DNA of 64,000 nucleotides from the NCBI GenBank assembly GCA_951406725.2, contig OX597834.1, positions 21,948,001 to 22,012,000 of the forward strand, written 5' to 3'. Position numbers and translations under genes: made by a program. The stretch is from Octopus vulgaris. Lineage: Eukaryota. Positions 1 to 12,690 of this stretch are shown here, piece by piece. Every line of letters starts with the position of its first letter. Position 1 is the stretch's first letter. The notes under the pieces were generated by a model. That model ran no database searches. It saw only the letters and a program-made list of their open reading frames with translations, and had not been told where the DNA came from.

Positions 1-443
1 CAGAAATATTAAAATTCACAACTCATCCACAACAAAAGAATTTATTCAAACTCACAGACATTCTTAACTGATGTTTTACAACTCAGACCCATCACTTGGC
101 TTCCTCAGATTATGGCTTATATTACCACAATTGGCGCCAATTAAATACCTACTTAGGTTCTCCTTTGTTCATCCTTGCTAGTCGCTGTGAATATTTCCTC
201 TCATCATTGTCGCCATCAGAACACTTCCTCGTCTTAATCCTGGATATTAACTCTTGTATATGTCATTGCTCTCAGACACATTTCTGGGAGAGTGTCGACA
301 CCTTTAAGTATTTTTAGAGAGACAGATAGGGAAACAGATAAACACAGGCAGACAGACAGATATCATACACAAATATTTACATATATACACTTATATATAC
401 ATACAAATTTATATGAATATGTGTATCTGTATGTGTGTGTGTG

Positions 444-515
<72 letters not shown>

Positions 516-528
516 TAGATAGATAGAT

Positions 529-838
529 GGAGGCGCAATGGCCCAGTGGTTAGGGCAGCGGACTAGCAGTCGTAGGATTGCGGTTTTGATTCCCAGACCG
601 GGCGTTGTGAGTGTCTATTGAGCGAAAACACCTAAAGCTCCACGAGGCTCCGGCAGAGGGTGGTGGCAATCCCTGCTGTACGCTTTCGCCACAAATTTCT
701 CTCACTCTTTCTTCTGTTGGCCTGCTCGCTCTGCCAGCAGGGTGGCGTCATTTGAAGGCTAAAACAATGCAAAGCGCATTGTGACCAGCGATGTGTAACA
801 ACATCTGATAGCATGGTCGGTCACGGTGATCACGGTGA
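529..838 (+). mobile_element. tRNA-derived SINE, family B (Octopus OK/OR-type retroposon), full length
   Basis: Starts GGAGGCGCAATGGCCCAGTGGTTAGGG (pol III A box TGGCCCAGTGG), B-box-like GGTTTTGATTCC, tail CACGGTGAT; near-identical copy at 52773-53082; sits in a (TA)n/(GATA)n tract. Confidence 0.85.
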
Positions 839-1340
839 TATAGATAGATAGATAGATATACATCATCATCATCACAATGCACATGCATTTATATATAAAT
901 ATATACATACATATATACATACACTTATATAAATACATATATACGTACACACACATACATATATACATATACACACACACATATCCACACACATGCATAT
1001 AATCACAGACATCTGTGTGTGTGTATTGTATGTGTGTATATCAATCCCATACAATATTAAGATTATATCCATACTATATAGGATTACTATATTAGGTTAT
1101 CTATCATTTACTGGGATTATATTTCCACCCTTGTATTTACTTATATTTTAGCAGAAATTAAATTTAATATCTCGTTATCTTAATGAAATTAATCCCTACA
1201 AAATTAGCAGACTACAAAATATTAATTCATGTGGTTTTAATATCTGTTCATCTGGGATATTCAAATTATATTTTTAAAACTTAAAAGAGAAAACATACCC
1301 CCCCACACACACACAAACACAAGGAGTCACACTAAATGTA

Positions 1341-1715
1341 GAGTGGCTGTGTGGTAAGTAGCTTGTTTACCAACCACATGGTTCCGGGTTCAGTCCCACA
1401 GTGTGGCACCTTGGGCAAGTGTCTTCTACTATAGCCTCGGGCTGACCAAAGCCTTGTGAGTGGATTTGGTAGATGGAAACTGAAAGAAGCCCGTCGTATA
1501 TATGTATATATATGTGTTTGTGTGTCTGTGTTTGTCCCCCCACCATTGCTTGACAACCAATGCTGGTGTGTTTATGTCCCCGTCACTTAGCGGTTCGGCA
1601 AAAGAGACCGATAGAATAAGTACTGGGCTTACAAAGAATAAGTCCTGGGGTCGAGTTGCTGGATTAAAGGCGGTGTTCCAGCATGGCCGCTGTCAAATGA
1701 CTGAAACAAATAAGA
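1341..1715 (+). mobile_element. tRNA-derived SINE, family A (CORE-like motif CCTTGGGCAAGT)
   Basis: A box TGGCTGTGTGG, B box GGTTCAGTCCC, central CACCTTGGGCAAGTGTCTT, internal (TA/TG) tract, tail CAGCATGGCCGC..AAATGACTGAAACAA; more than 15 related copies in the window. Confidence 0.85.
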
Positions 1716-1959
1716 AAAAAAAAATTTTTAATTTAAAAAAATATAAAAATACAATTTCTTGATCTCTTACAATTTTAATTGTGACATCCTGAATAAATTT
1801 TAAAAGGATTTAAAAGGAATACTTAAATGGAGACCATTTGCTTTGACAAGAGATGTTAGTGATGCCCTCAATCTTGAAAAAAAAATTAGCCTCTAGCTAA
1901 GAGTTACCAGCTCTTCTTAACAGTCATCAACCTAGAAAGCATCTTGACAAAATATCTCA

Positions 1960-2240
1960 TTCAGAACTGAGGTAGCCTGTGGTGGTCACTAAAACACAGT
2001 TGTAAGAGGCGTACAATACTTGTACAGAAATACCATAGTGGGCAAATAATTGAGTGAGGAATTTATTGCACAGTTACTTGTCCAGCAGGGCTCAGTTCTC
2101 AGCCCCCTTCTGTTTATTTAAGCTCTCTAGGTTATAACAAAGGAGTTTAAGATGGGCTGTCTGTGGGAACTCTTGATTTTGGTCCTTGTATGTTGATGAT
2201 TTGGTTCTTATATCTGTATTAGTGTCAAAACTACAATGCC
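1960..2240 (+). pseudogene. Decayed RTE-like LINE reverse transcriptase fragment
   Basis: Translates QQGSVLSPLLFI (from 2083), then ITKEFKMGCLWELL and YVDDLVLIS (from 2189): the QG..LSP.LF and YADD RT motifs, with stops and an indel. Confidence 0.75.
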
Positions 2241-2268
2241 CTGTCGTATTGAAATTTCCAGACATGAA

Positions 2269-2574
2269 CCCTTTAATAATCAGAGTACTCCATCAAATTT
2301 AATGCTTTTTGATTTACACTGTTTTGAAGTAATCATGTGTTATCTTGTAGCTTTAAGATTTTGATGATGTGGTTGCTCATTTTAAGAATCAAATTGTAGG
2401 GTAGGTGTGAGAGGCTGAATATGGCCAGTCTGAACATAAAACGTAGAAAGGCCTGGTTGGACGCCCAACTTTCCAAGTTCTTTTACAGGGCTTTGAAAAA
2501 CTAAAGGACTACAGCAATAAGTGTGTGAATCTGAAATATTTGGGCCGGAAACAGCCGGTTTAAATACTAAAGGG
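2269..2574. mobile_element. piggyBac-like MITE carrying a captured mariner segment
   Basis: Ends CCCTTTA...TAAAGGG, flanks TGAA/TTAA; body is the reverse complement of the 19031-19241 element plus an extra ~77-bp insert (2455-2531). Confidence 0.65.
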
Positions 2575-3037
2575 TTAAAGCAGCCATTGATGTCATTTAA
2601 CCAAAGGTCAGACAAATTCTTGATTAGTAGACATTGGTGAAAATTTCGTCCACGTGTCTGAAACCACCATGCTCACCCACAAATTCATAACCACTGGATT
2701 TAACTAGTATCATGGAGTAATTCTATTTGTTGAGCACAGGCTCAACTTGGTGCTTGATTTTGACCAGTTGCAAATTCATTAGTACAGCTTGCCATGACTA
2801 ACGTGAATTGGCCCGGCTAGTGTTTTGCAGACATAGTTTTATCCACCACACACACACACACATGTATGAGTGTATTGTCTGATTGACCATACATACTTCA
2901 CATGTAGGAAACTCTGAAGAATGGAGTGAATCATAAACTAATTGAAAATGACTAGAAATTTTACACCCTGTATTGTATTGAATGCTCTATTGTTTGTAAA
3001 CACAAACACATGTGTGTGTGTTTGCATATGCGTTGAT

Positions 3038-3070
<33 letters not shown>

Positions 3071-3612
3071 AGGAAGCAGATACTTCATTGCAAATAAAAC
3101 CTAACACTTTGCTCTGAAGACTTATCACTTTTGTCTGATAAAAATAATTTTGATAAAAATAATTCAGATAAAACTAATTCTGTTTTTAGATTTTGTTGAT
3201 AATTTTGGAACCGTTTTACAAAATAGATTTATATCTGAGAGACATCAGTTCAGTTGTTTTTTTTTTGTTATTAGTTATAATTTTTCCAGTTTTTTTTTTG
3301 TATGCATGTGTGTCTAAGTGTGTGTGTGTGTGTCATTTTTTTTTTTTAAAAGAGATATGATTTAAATTGCAATTAAAGGTTTTTAGATGAGCAGATTTCA
3401 AAAGCATATTAATTAGCCCATTCTGAAAGGATTCTTTTCATTTAGATAACGAAATATTAAATTTAATTCCTGTCAAAAGATAGGCATGAAAATATAAAAC
3501 CCTAAAATGTAATAGATAACCCAACATGTCTAATGAAATAGTTTTACTAGCTTATATATGCTTGCATCTGTGTGTGCATACAAGAGAGAAAGAGACAGTA
3601 TTAGTTGTTGCT

Positions 3613-3830
3613 TTACTCGATTGAGTCCTGATTCCTTGCATCTGCTTGCAACATGTTCACCACGTCCCTCACAAATGATGGCCACATCTGGCAGTCAGCC
3701 CTAATATCCCACCAGGTAACGTAATGCTTCTGCCTGCCGTCCCAAAATCCAAATTGCAGATTTGCTAAATACTCCTCTGGGAGACCAAGTGCATTGGATA
3801 GCACAGATTCCGTAGTTGTAGTCATCGTTC
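3613..3830 (-). pseudogene. Probable decayed 3' end of an RTE-like LINE ORF
   Basis: ORF ends ...WWDIRADCQMWPSFVRDVVNMLQADA..., resembling the A.DR..W...VRDVVN C-terminus of RTE ORFs as I recall it; no splice-supported host exon context. Confidence 0.4.
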
Positions 3831-3874
3831 AATGTTGAGTTTTAGGGTTCATGTTCAGGGTTTTGGTGGAAATA

Positions 3875-4071
3875 CGAGGGAGTGAGGAGATCGCAAAAGA
3901 ACCGGTTGGAGGTCCAACCTTCCAAGTTCTTTTACAGGGCTTTGAAAAACTAAAGGACTGCAGCAATAAGTGTGTGAATCGGAAAAGGGAATATGTTGAA
4001 TAAAATCATGATTAACTGATTCTCCTGTATTTTCTTTTACCCAAAGCCAGGAGCTTTTCAGCACCTCCTCG
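3875..4071 (+). mobile_element. Internally deleted mariner element (transposase C-terminus plus right TIR)
   Basis: Translates FLQGFEKLKDCSNKCVNRKREYVE* (mariner C-terminal KC...YVE pattern); right end CTTTTCAGCACCTCCTCG; left TA-CGAGGGAGTG loosely matches its reverse complement. Confidence 0.65.
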
Positions 4072-4399
4072 TTACATGTGGTCCACATGTGATCACACGT
4101 GGTTCACATATGGTCCCTGGTCACATGTATCACAGTTTTTATTTTTAGGGATATTTATGACTAAATTGTTTGATATGCCCTTTCATTCATAGCTATGCAG
4201 TTAAGGAATCCCCTCCCAACTAGAGGCTTTCAGAGCCCTATTTTGATGTACCCAAGTGAGGCTTTCAGAGCATTATTTTGATGTGGTTGATTCATTTGAC
4301 TAAAACTTTGTCAAGGTAGTGCCCCAGCATGGCCGCAGTCTAATGACTGAAACAAGTAAAAGATACAAAGAAAAATATGTGGCTGTGTATGTCGGTGCA

Positions 4400-4600
4400 C
4401 ACTCATGTAACTGCATGTAAACACATCAGCACCAGTTGTCAAGTGGTGATGAGGGGACAAACACAGACACAAAGGCATACACACACATAAATACATATAT
4501 ATATATATATACACACATACTTATTACTCTACCCCTGGTATTTGAGTACTCTTTTTTTCCACCTTGTTTCACATTTATGTGTTTACTCCGGTATATATAT

Positions 4601-4668
<68 letters not shown>

Positions 4669-4830
4669 GACAGGCTTCTTTCAGTTTCCGTCTACCCAAT
4701 CCACTCACAAGGCTTTGGTCAGCCCAAGGCTATAGTAGAAGGCACTTGCCCAAGGTGCCACAGAGTGAGACTGAACTCAGAATTATGTGGTTGGGAAGGA
4801 AACTTCTTATCACACAGCCACATCTGCACC
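4400..4830 (-). mobile_element. SINE family A copy with an internal insert
   Basis: Reverse complement of the family A head (CACTTGCCCAAGGTGCCAC, GGCTTCTTTCAGTTTCCGTCTACC) and mid-body, with an expanded (TA)n/(CA)n tract. Confidence 0.75.
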
Positions 4831-4839
4831 TATATATAC

Positions 4840-4869
<30 letters not shown>

Positions 4870-4873
<4 letters not shown>

Positions 4874-5130
4874 ACTCCCCTCATAGAACCACATCCCCAC
4901 CTGGTCCTTAACACATCACCAGCATTTTCCCCTCCAACCTCTATTTTCCATTCACTCTCTTCCTTTCATTTTTTTCTGTTATGTCTGTCTTTCTTCTGAT
5001 GAAGGACTGGCATCTGAAACATCTCAAGACTCTTTTCTTTTCTTTTCAAGCATTACACTAATACATTTGTTAAAATTTTTCCTTCCCATGTTGCCGTCTC
5101 TCTTTTTGTGTTCATTGGTTTCATTATATA
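4870..5130 (+). mobile_element. Penelope-like terminal fragment with degenerate hammerhead-like core
   Basis: TCTT-CTGATGA-AGGACTGGCATCT-GAAAC at 4992-5020; downstream TTACACTAATACATTTGTT resembles TTAAACTAATACATCTGTTT of the 37860-38020 copy. Confidence 0.4.
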
Positions 5131-5251
5131 TATCCATAGAGTTAGGTCTGTGTGTATAAATGTGCGTTTGTGTGTGTGTGTATATAACGAGAGAGAGATA
5201 GACAATTATGCCTGCTTATATATGCATATGTGTATGTGTGTGTCTATGTGT

Positions 5252-5354
<103 letters not shown>

Positions 5355-6182
5355 GCACACACACATAGACAAACAGCTAAATGTATGTACATATAAATAT
5401 ACATACAGATAAATGTGTGTGTATATATATATATATAGACAGATAAATGTATATATATATGTATATATATATAATAGATAGATAGATACATAGGTAGTCA
5501 GATAAATGTATGTGTATATATATATACATACAGACAGACACATATATATGATGTATATGCCTGTAGATGTATCTAATTGTACACCAGGCACATGAAAAAG
5601 AAACAAGAAACTTCCTAAAAACATAAATGCATATAAAAATATCACCACTCCTCCCAAAAAAAAACTATTAAAAAAATCATGAAAAGAATACCATTTTAGT
5701 ATTTGTAGAAGAAATAAGGTTTGGCTAAATCCTTCAATTTCTTTAAGACGTATAATAATAATGAATTATAATTTATGGGTATTTTTTCTTCAATTTTCTC
5801 TAAAATACAACCATTATAAAGATGTAAAAACCAAATGAATTTGGGAGGAGATGATGGGCAGGAGGAGGAGGAGAATGGGGTGGGAGAAGAAAAAAAGGAG
5901 AAAAATCGGAAAATAGGAAGAATTAGAAACATATTTCTAAAATTTACAGCTGCAAGGAATTTGGTTGTTGGTTGGGTGGGTGGTGTTTATTTTGTTGTTG
6001 TGGAAAGAGATGTGTGTATGTATGTACGTATATATATATATTTATATATATACACACACACACACACATGTACACACACATATATAAGATGAAAATGAAA
6101 TTCAGAGAAAATAAAGAATTTAAAATGAACAAAAAATAATTTTTATATATATATGTATGCATACATACAAATAAATAAATAA

Positions 6183-6270
<88 letters not shown>

Positions 6271-6365
6271 TGTATGTATGTATGTATGTATATGCATACA
6301 CTGAAATATATATGTATGCATACATACAAATAAATAAATATATATTTGTATATGCATACATAGAA

Positions 6366-6396
<31 letters not shown>

Positions 6397-6429
6397 CATA
6401 CATACATACATATATATATATATATAAAT

Positions 6430-6560
6430 GGAAGCATGTGGCTTAATGGTTAAGGTGTTGGACTCACGATCACAAGATTGAGGTTTTGATTCTTGGACTG
6501 GGTGCTACATTGTGTTCTTGAATAAAACATTTCATTTTATATTGCTCCAGTCCACTGGTC
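6430..6560 (+). mobile_element. SINE family D 5' part (tRNA head plus CORE-like block)
   Basis: GTGGCTTAATGGTTAAGG A box, GTTTTGATTCTT B-box-like, then TGTGTTCTTGAATAAAACATTTCATTTTATATTGCTCCAGTCCAC; related copies at 12285-12690, 24025-24790, 45395-45620 and 53160-53365. Confidence 0.7.
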
Positions 6561-6569
6561 CACGAACGG

Positions 6570-7415
6570 TTTACATTAAAAAACATTGTGGACAGCACAG
6601 GACAAACAGAATGTGGGGTTACATGAAAGTCGTGAGAACAATGGAAAACAATCACTTATAACAACAAAATTCCCCAAAAGAGGGAGACCTCCCAGGACAG
6701 CTCGTGGAAACCCCACAAATCCATGACAGTCCTGACCATTGGGGTTGAGCACCCTCTCCATTTCATCTACAGGCACATGCTTAGAATAGGCCCATTCACT
6801 CAGGCCATTCTTACAACATTCACCCACCTTTTAATAAGTGAAACTTGAAAAAGTTGATGAGGGCTTGGTCAAAGAGGAAGGTATCTGTTTTCAGCCCTTT
6901 CAGTCAGGTCCACCAAAAAGTTGATGTGATCTTGGCCAAAAAAATTTGATGAGGGCTTGTCTGTTTTCAGCCCTTTCAGCCAGGTCTACCATGCAACCTG
7001 ATGTGGGGTTGGCCAAAAGAAGTTGATGAGGGCTTGGCCAAAGAGGAAGGTATCTGTTTTCAGCCCTTTCAGTCAGGTCCACCAAAAAGTTGATGTGAGC
7101 TTGGCCAAAAATTGATGGGGCTTGTCCGTTTTCAGCCCTTTCAGCCAGGTCCACCAAAAAGTTGATGTGGGCTTGACCAAAAAAATTGATGAGGGCTTGT
7201 CTGTTTTCAGCCCTTTCAGCCAGGTCCACCACGCAACCTGATGTGGGCTTGGCCAAAAAAAGTTGATGAGGGCTTGGCCAAAGAGGAAGACGTCAGTTTT
7301 CAGCCCTTTCAATAAGGCTATCAGGCGAAGGAAAACAGCCTGCCCTACCCAGCCAAAGGCAGGCAGCAGGACTATCTTCACAATGGACCCAGCCAAAAGC
7401 CAGATCCATTCCACA
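6570..7415 (-). mobile_element. 3' fragment of an L1/Tx1-like LINE with an internally amplified segment
   Basis: Minus strand reads ...SIVKIV...AVFLRLIALLKGLKTDVFLFGQALINFF..., then repeated WWTWLKGLKTD, then KRWVNVVRMA*VNGPILSMCL* (6832-6767) and a 3' UTR-like stretch. Clade assignment is from recalled similarity only. Confidence 0.5.
6848..7311. repeat. Compound minisatellite, 6 copies of the TTTTCAGCCCTTTCA core with ~22-bp AAGTTGATG(A/T)GGGCTTGGCCAA subunits
   Basis: Core seen near 6888, 6964, 7057, 7129, 7204 and 7297. Confidence 0.9.
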
Positions 7416-8139
7416 GGTGTTAATAAGTTTCTAATTTTGGCACAAATCCAATCATTTTAGGTTGGGGTGCAGGTCGTTTTGCATCAACAGCAGTTGATGC
7501 AACTGGTATTTTATTTTATCATCCCTGAATGGATGTAAGGCATTTGGGCTCAGAGTGTAAAAAGCCAGATTAAATGCCACGACAACGACGATGTCAGTAC
7601 TATACATTCAAATTCACAGTAATGTAATCTGAAGGTAGCTATGTTAGAGTGTGGTTGAGGATATTCCAAAAAAGTTGCAAGAACACAAAACAGCAACAGC
7701 AACAAACTGGAGTAGAACAAGATAATTAATTTTACGCTGCAAGGGAAGAAATAGAACAGAGTTTGATGTTTCAGATTATGCTCCTTTGTCAAGTTAAAAA
7801 ATACCTAAAAATATGTACATAAGGTCTGTAAATATAAATATATAAAAATACATATTAAAGCAAAAAAGAACTAGAACATTCCATGGGAATTATGATTTTA
7901 CAATGAACACTCCACAGCATGTTTAATTTGTTTTGTTTTGTTTTGTTTTTGTTTTTTTTAATAATTTTTTTATTTCTTTTTTTTTTCTCCTTTCTGAAGT
8001 CTCTTGAATAGATCCTTATTCTGTTGAGAATCAAAAAATGAGAGAAAATTGGGGAAGAAAACAGACAAATGAATAAATGAATGAAAAATATAAATTGAGA
8101 GAAAGTGAATACATCTCTTGAGATTTCTTCTGAAAAGCA

Positions 8140-8343
8140 ATGATGATAATAATAATAATAATAATAATAACAATAATAATAATAACAATAATAACAATAA
8201 TAATAATAATAACAACAACTATATTAATAATAATAATAATAATAACAACAACTATAGTGATAATAATAATAATAACAACAACAACTATAGTGATAATGAT
8301 AATAATAATAATAACAACTATAGTAATAATAATAATAATAATG

Positions 8344-8396
<53 letters not shown>

Positions 8397-8397
8397 T
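8140..8397. repeat. (AAT)n microsatellite, imperfect
   Basis: Direct reading; source of the poly-N, poly-I and poly-L ORFs. Confidence 0.95.
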
Positions 8398-8925
8398 TTG
8401 CGAAATAATAGAAACAATACATTGAATGTAGAATAGGTAAATGTGATTTAGAGTGGAGAAAAAAAGATATAATAGAATCTATGACAAAATATGTTGAAAT
8501 TTGTTTACAGCTGATCTTAATTTAATAGTACACACACACACACACACATACACGCACATATATTTACACACCTACATGCCAGCACATACACACATACATA
8601 AACACACACATTATTGTTATTGTTGTTGTGGTAAGCTGGCAGAATCGTTTGTGTGTAGGGTAAAACACTCAGTGGCATTCCTTCCAGCTCTTGATGTTCT
8701 CAGTTCAAATTCTGCCAAGGCTACCTTTACGTTTCATCCTTTCGGGGGTCAGTTAAAATAAGGACCAGTCAATTATGTAGATATCAACTTTCACCCTATA
8801 TGCATGTAGATACACACTTACACACACACACACACACACACACGCTTACACACACGCACACACACACTTACACACACACATATATGCATATTCCCCCCTC
8901 TTTACTTCCTTCCTACCTATGCCAT

Positions 8926-9088
8926 AGGCGCAGGAGTGGCTGTGTGGTAAGTAGCTTGCTTATCAACCACATGGTTCCGGGTTCATTCCCACTGCGTGGC
9001 ACCTTGGGCAAGTGTCTTCTACTATAGCCTCGGGCTGACCAAAGCCTTGTGAGTGGATTTGGTAGACAGAAACTGAAAGAAGCCCATC

Positions 9089-9152
<64 letters not shown>

Positions 9153-9360
9153 GTATGTGTGTGTATATGTTTGAGTGTCTGTGTTTGTCCCCCAGCATCG
9201 CTTGACAACCGATGCTGGTGTGCTTACGTCCCCGTAACGTAGCGGTTCGGCAAAAGAGACCGATAGAATAAGTACTAGGCTTCCAAAGAATAAGTCTATA
9301 AAAGGTGGTGCTCCAGCATGGCCACAGTCAAATGACTGAAACAAGTAAAAGAGTAAAAGT
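8926..9360 (+). mobile_element. SINE family A, full length
   Basis: GGCGCAGGAGTGGCTGTGTGGTAAG head through the GAAACAAGTAAAAGAGTAAAAG tail. Confidence 0.9.
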
Positions 9361-9544
9361 GTATGCCTATATTAGAATTCCCGATTTTAACACCAACACC
9401 ACTACCACCAACAGGTTTCACAAGAGAGACGGACGGACGGACAGACAAAGAATCAGACAGACACAGGGAGACAAAGACAAAGGCCTGTTCCAAATGGCCA
9501 GCTTGTATTTACCATTAATATGGTCAGTATAGTTTCCTTGCCGC

Positions 9545-10200
9545 CCTAGCCACCACACCACCAATTTCCGCTAATAATAGGATTACCACTGCAACTGCTA
9601 CCATTACCACCATTACTACTACTACTACTACTTCTAGTATCACCACCACAAACACCACTACTATCACCACCATTTCTACTGTCATGAGCCTCTACCACTA
9701 CTTCTACTGTTGCTACTATCACCACTACTACAACCACCAATACCTCCACTACTACGCCGACTACCATCACCACCAACACTACTACTACTACTACTGTAAT
9801 GGCATCATCAATACTGCTACCCCAATTCTATCAGCACCACTACCACCACACCACCACTGCCGCCATCACTACTACAACCACCACTAATACCTCCACCACT
9901 GTCTCTACCACTCCTATTACCACCACCATTAACACAACTACTACCATCACTGTAATGCCATCATCAATACTACAACCCCAACTGTATCACCACCACCACT
10001 AATACCTCCACCACTATCACTACCACTCCTACTACTACTACCATCATTGTAATGGCATAATCAGTACTACTGCCCCAACTGTATCAGCAGCATCACGACA
10101 CCACCACTATCACTACCACTCCTACTACCACCACCACCAACACTACCACTACTACTACTACTGCCAGTACCACCAGCAACCAGCACTACAGCCATCACCT
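9545..10200. repeat. Degenerate (CAC/TAC)n low-complexity tract with internal duplications
   Basis: The motif TGTAATGGCATCATCAATACTGCTACCCCAA recurs in variants near 9795, 9951 and 10048. Confidence 0.85.
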
Positions 10201-10589
10201 CCCAGTGCAATAAGGTCCATGTCTGGGGGATATGGGTGGGGGAGCAGTGCAGGCTGAGGGGGGAGTGGGGGAGGTGTTCCAAAATGGGAGGGAAGATGCA
10301 GCTGATGGAAGGACTATCAGATAGGGAGCTAATGCCCTTGTCTGCCACTCCTCCACCACCCCACCCCACTACACCCAACCTCGATAATATTGCACCAAAC
10401 TGCAATTCTGCAGCCCTTTCTGCTCCCCCCCCCCTCGCAACACACACCCATATGTACACACCACCTATCTTCATCATCACATCTCCCCCCAACTCTCTGC
10501 TAATGCTTCTGACCCCTTTTTTGCGGAGCTGAAAAACACTTTCAGTGTTAGATAGGGTCCATTTGTGGTAAACAGGCAATTTACGATTG

Positions 10590-11090
10590 CAGTGTGTGTG
10601 TGTGTGTGTAAGAGTTCTTGTGCATGTGTATATGCATGTGTTTATGATAGTTTGTGTGTGTATTCATGTGTGTGTGTATTTATATGTAAAATGCATGTAT
10701 ATGTATGTACAGAAATGTGTGTGTGCATGTGTGCATGCATATGTATGTGTGCATGCGTGTGTGTGTGTGTATACATGTGTGTGTGTGTATTCATGTGTAA
10801 AATGCATGTATTTGTATGTACAGAAGTGTGTGTGTGTGTGTGTGTGTGTGTGCATGTGTGTGTGCATGCATGCGTGTGTGTATTCATGTGTGTGTGTGTG
10901 TATATGAAAGAGTTAGTGTGTGTGTTTGTGTGTTTCTGCATGTTTGTGTATGTATGAGACTGTGGTTGTATGTGAGTGTTTGAACGTATGTATGTGAAAA
11001 GGACTGGTCTAGTGGTACGTATGTTTGTGTGAGTGCGTGCATGAGTGACAGTTTGTGTGTGAGTGTATGCATATGTATGTATTCGTGTGT
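10590..11090. repeat. Compound (TG)n microsatellite with a duplicated TGTAAAATGCATGTA..GTACAGAA unit
   Basis: Direct reading. Confidence 0.85.
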
Positions 11091-11603
11091 GCTGATGGAA
11101 AAGGGAGTTTCTATCAGATGCGCAATTTCCTTAAAATAAACGATGGGAAGGGGTGGCAGAGGAAGAAAAACAAGGACATTCTGTAGAAACGGTCTTTAAC
11201 AAGAAATTTATTCAGAGTTATTGTTTACAGATTTTAATTGATACCAAAATCACTGAACATGTTGTTGCTGTCAATTTTTTTTTTTTAATTTAGTAGTTTT
11301 CTTTTTTTTTTCTTTTTTATATTTTACAAACACCACCACCACCACCACAATCGTCTCCGCCACCTCATCACCAATACTGCACTTTAAGTAGATAAACTGG
11401 TTATTGTTGCTGTAGTTGTTGTTGCAACAACAACAACAACAAAACTTATGCTAATATATGAGTCAGTGTAAAGGCAGGGAGCTGGCGGAATGGTCAACTT
11501 TGCCATTTATCCCCTTCCGGGGTCAGTAAAATAAGTACCAGTGAAAAGCTGGAGTCAATTAAATTGACAAGTCCCCTCCCCAGAATTTCAGGCCTTGAGC
11601 CTA

Positions 11604-11639
<36 letters not shown>

Positions 11640-11922
11640 CATCGTCATCATCATTGTCTTGACTGTCATCAAGGTGGTCTTCTCCGAATAAACGATCAGC
11701 CATTGGAGGAAACTTCACCTTGCTCAGAAACAAGTGATAGTTGGTGACAGAAAGAGCATCCAGCCATACAAAATTTACCTCAGCAAATTTCATCTAACCC
11801 ATGCAGACATGGGAAAGTAGATGTTAAATCAATAAGAACAGCAACTATTTGTAATGTATGAAAAATATACAGTATATACAATATACAGTCTGTTTCACTA
11901 TATATATATATATAAATATATG

Positions 11923-11974
<52 letters not shown>

Positions 11975-11999
11975 TTCACTATATATATATGTATGCTTC

Positions 12000-12690
12000 C
12001 CAATCACATGGTTCTGGGTTCAATTCCACTGTGTGGCACCTTGGGCAAGTGTCTTCTATTATAGCCTCAGATCAACCAAAACCTTGTGAGTGGATTTGGT
12101 AGACGGAGGCCCGTCGTATATACATGTGTGTATGTGTCTGTTTGTCCCCCCACCATCGCTTGACAACCGATGTTGGTGTATTTACGTCCCCATAACAGCA
12201 GTTCACCTAAAGAGACCAATAGAATAAGTCCTTGAGTCGATTTGTTTGACTAAAGGCGGTGCTCCAGCATGGCCGCAGTCAAAGTTGTCCATGCATACCA
12301 GCCTCTTCTCTCCATGCTGCCAATATTATCCAAGGGAAAAGCAATGGGGCTGATACAGCTTGGTATTAGTGATGTCACAACTCAGCTGAGTGAATTGGAG
12401 CAATGTGAAATAAAGTGTCTTGCTCAAAAATGCAACTCACAGCCCAGTCTAGGAATCGAACTCACTACCTCATGATTGTGATCAAATGTATGTGCCGTAC
12501 ATAAGCTCACTCCCTCCATCAAATTCTCGAGGGGCATGATGTGCCCCACATCAGATGTTGAAGTGATTGCAGAGTAATGTGAGATGAGGTGTTTTGCCCA
12601 AGGCCACAACACACCACCTGATCTAGGAATTGAAACCCCAATTTCACAATCTTGAGTGCAACACCCTAACCACTGGGCCATACATCCTAA
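12000..12690. mobile_element. Nested SINE cluster: truncated family A (+) followed by two family D pieces (-)
   Basis: Family A motifs 12000-12280; GAGCAATGTGAAATAAAGTGTCTTGCTCAA and CCCTAACCACTGGGCCA (reverse-strand CORE-like block and A box). Confidence 0.7.

Noticed and set aside
529-605. tRNA gene at SINE heads (also 52773, 8926, 53160)
   Set aside because: A and B boxes are present, but the sequence runs on into a multi-copy SINE body and I could not build a full cloverleaf.
3613-3825. Host exon or small protein
   Set aside because: A GTAAAG donor-like site lies at its end, but there is no clear acceptor, and the peptide resembles a LINE C-terminus.
6848-7311. CRISPR-like array (also 22280-22552 and 42270-42670)
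   Set aside because: The intervening sequences are themselves repeats rather than unique spacers; no cas genes; eukaryotic context.
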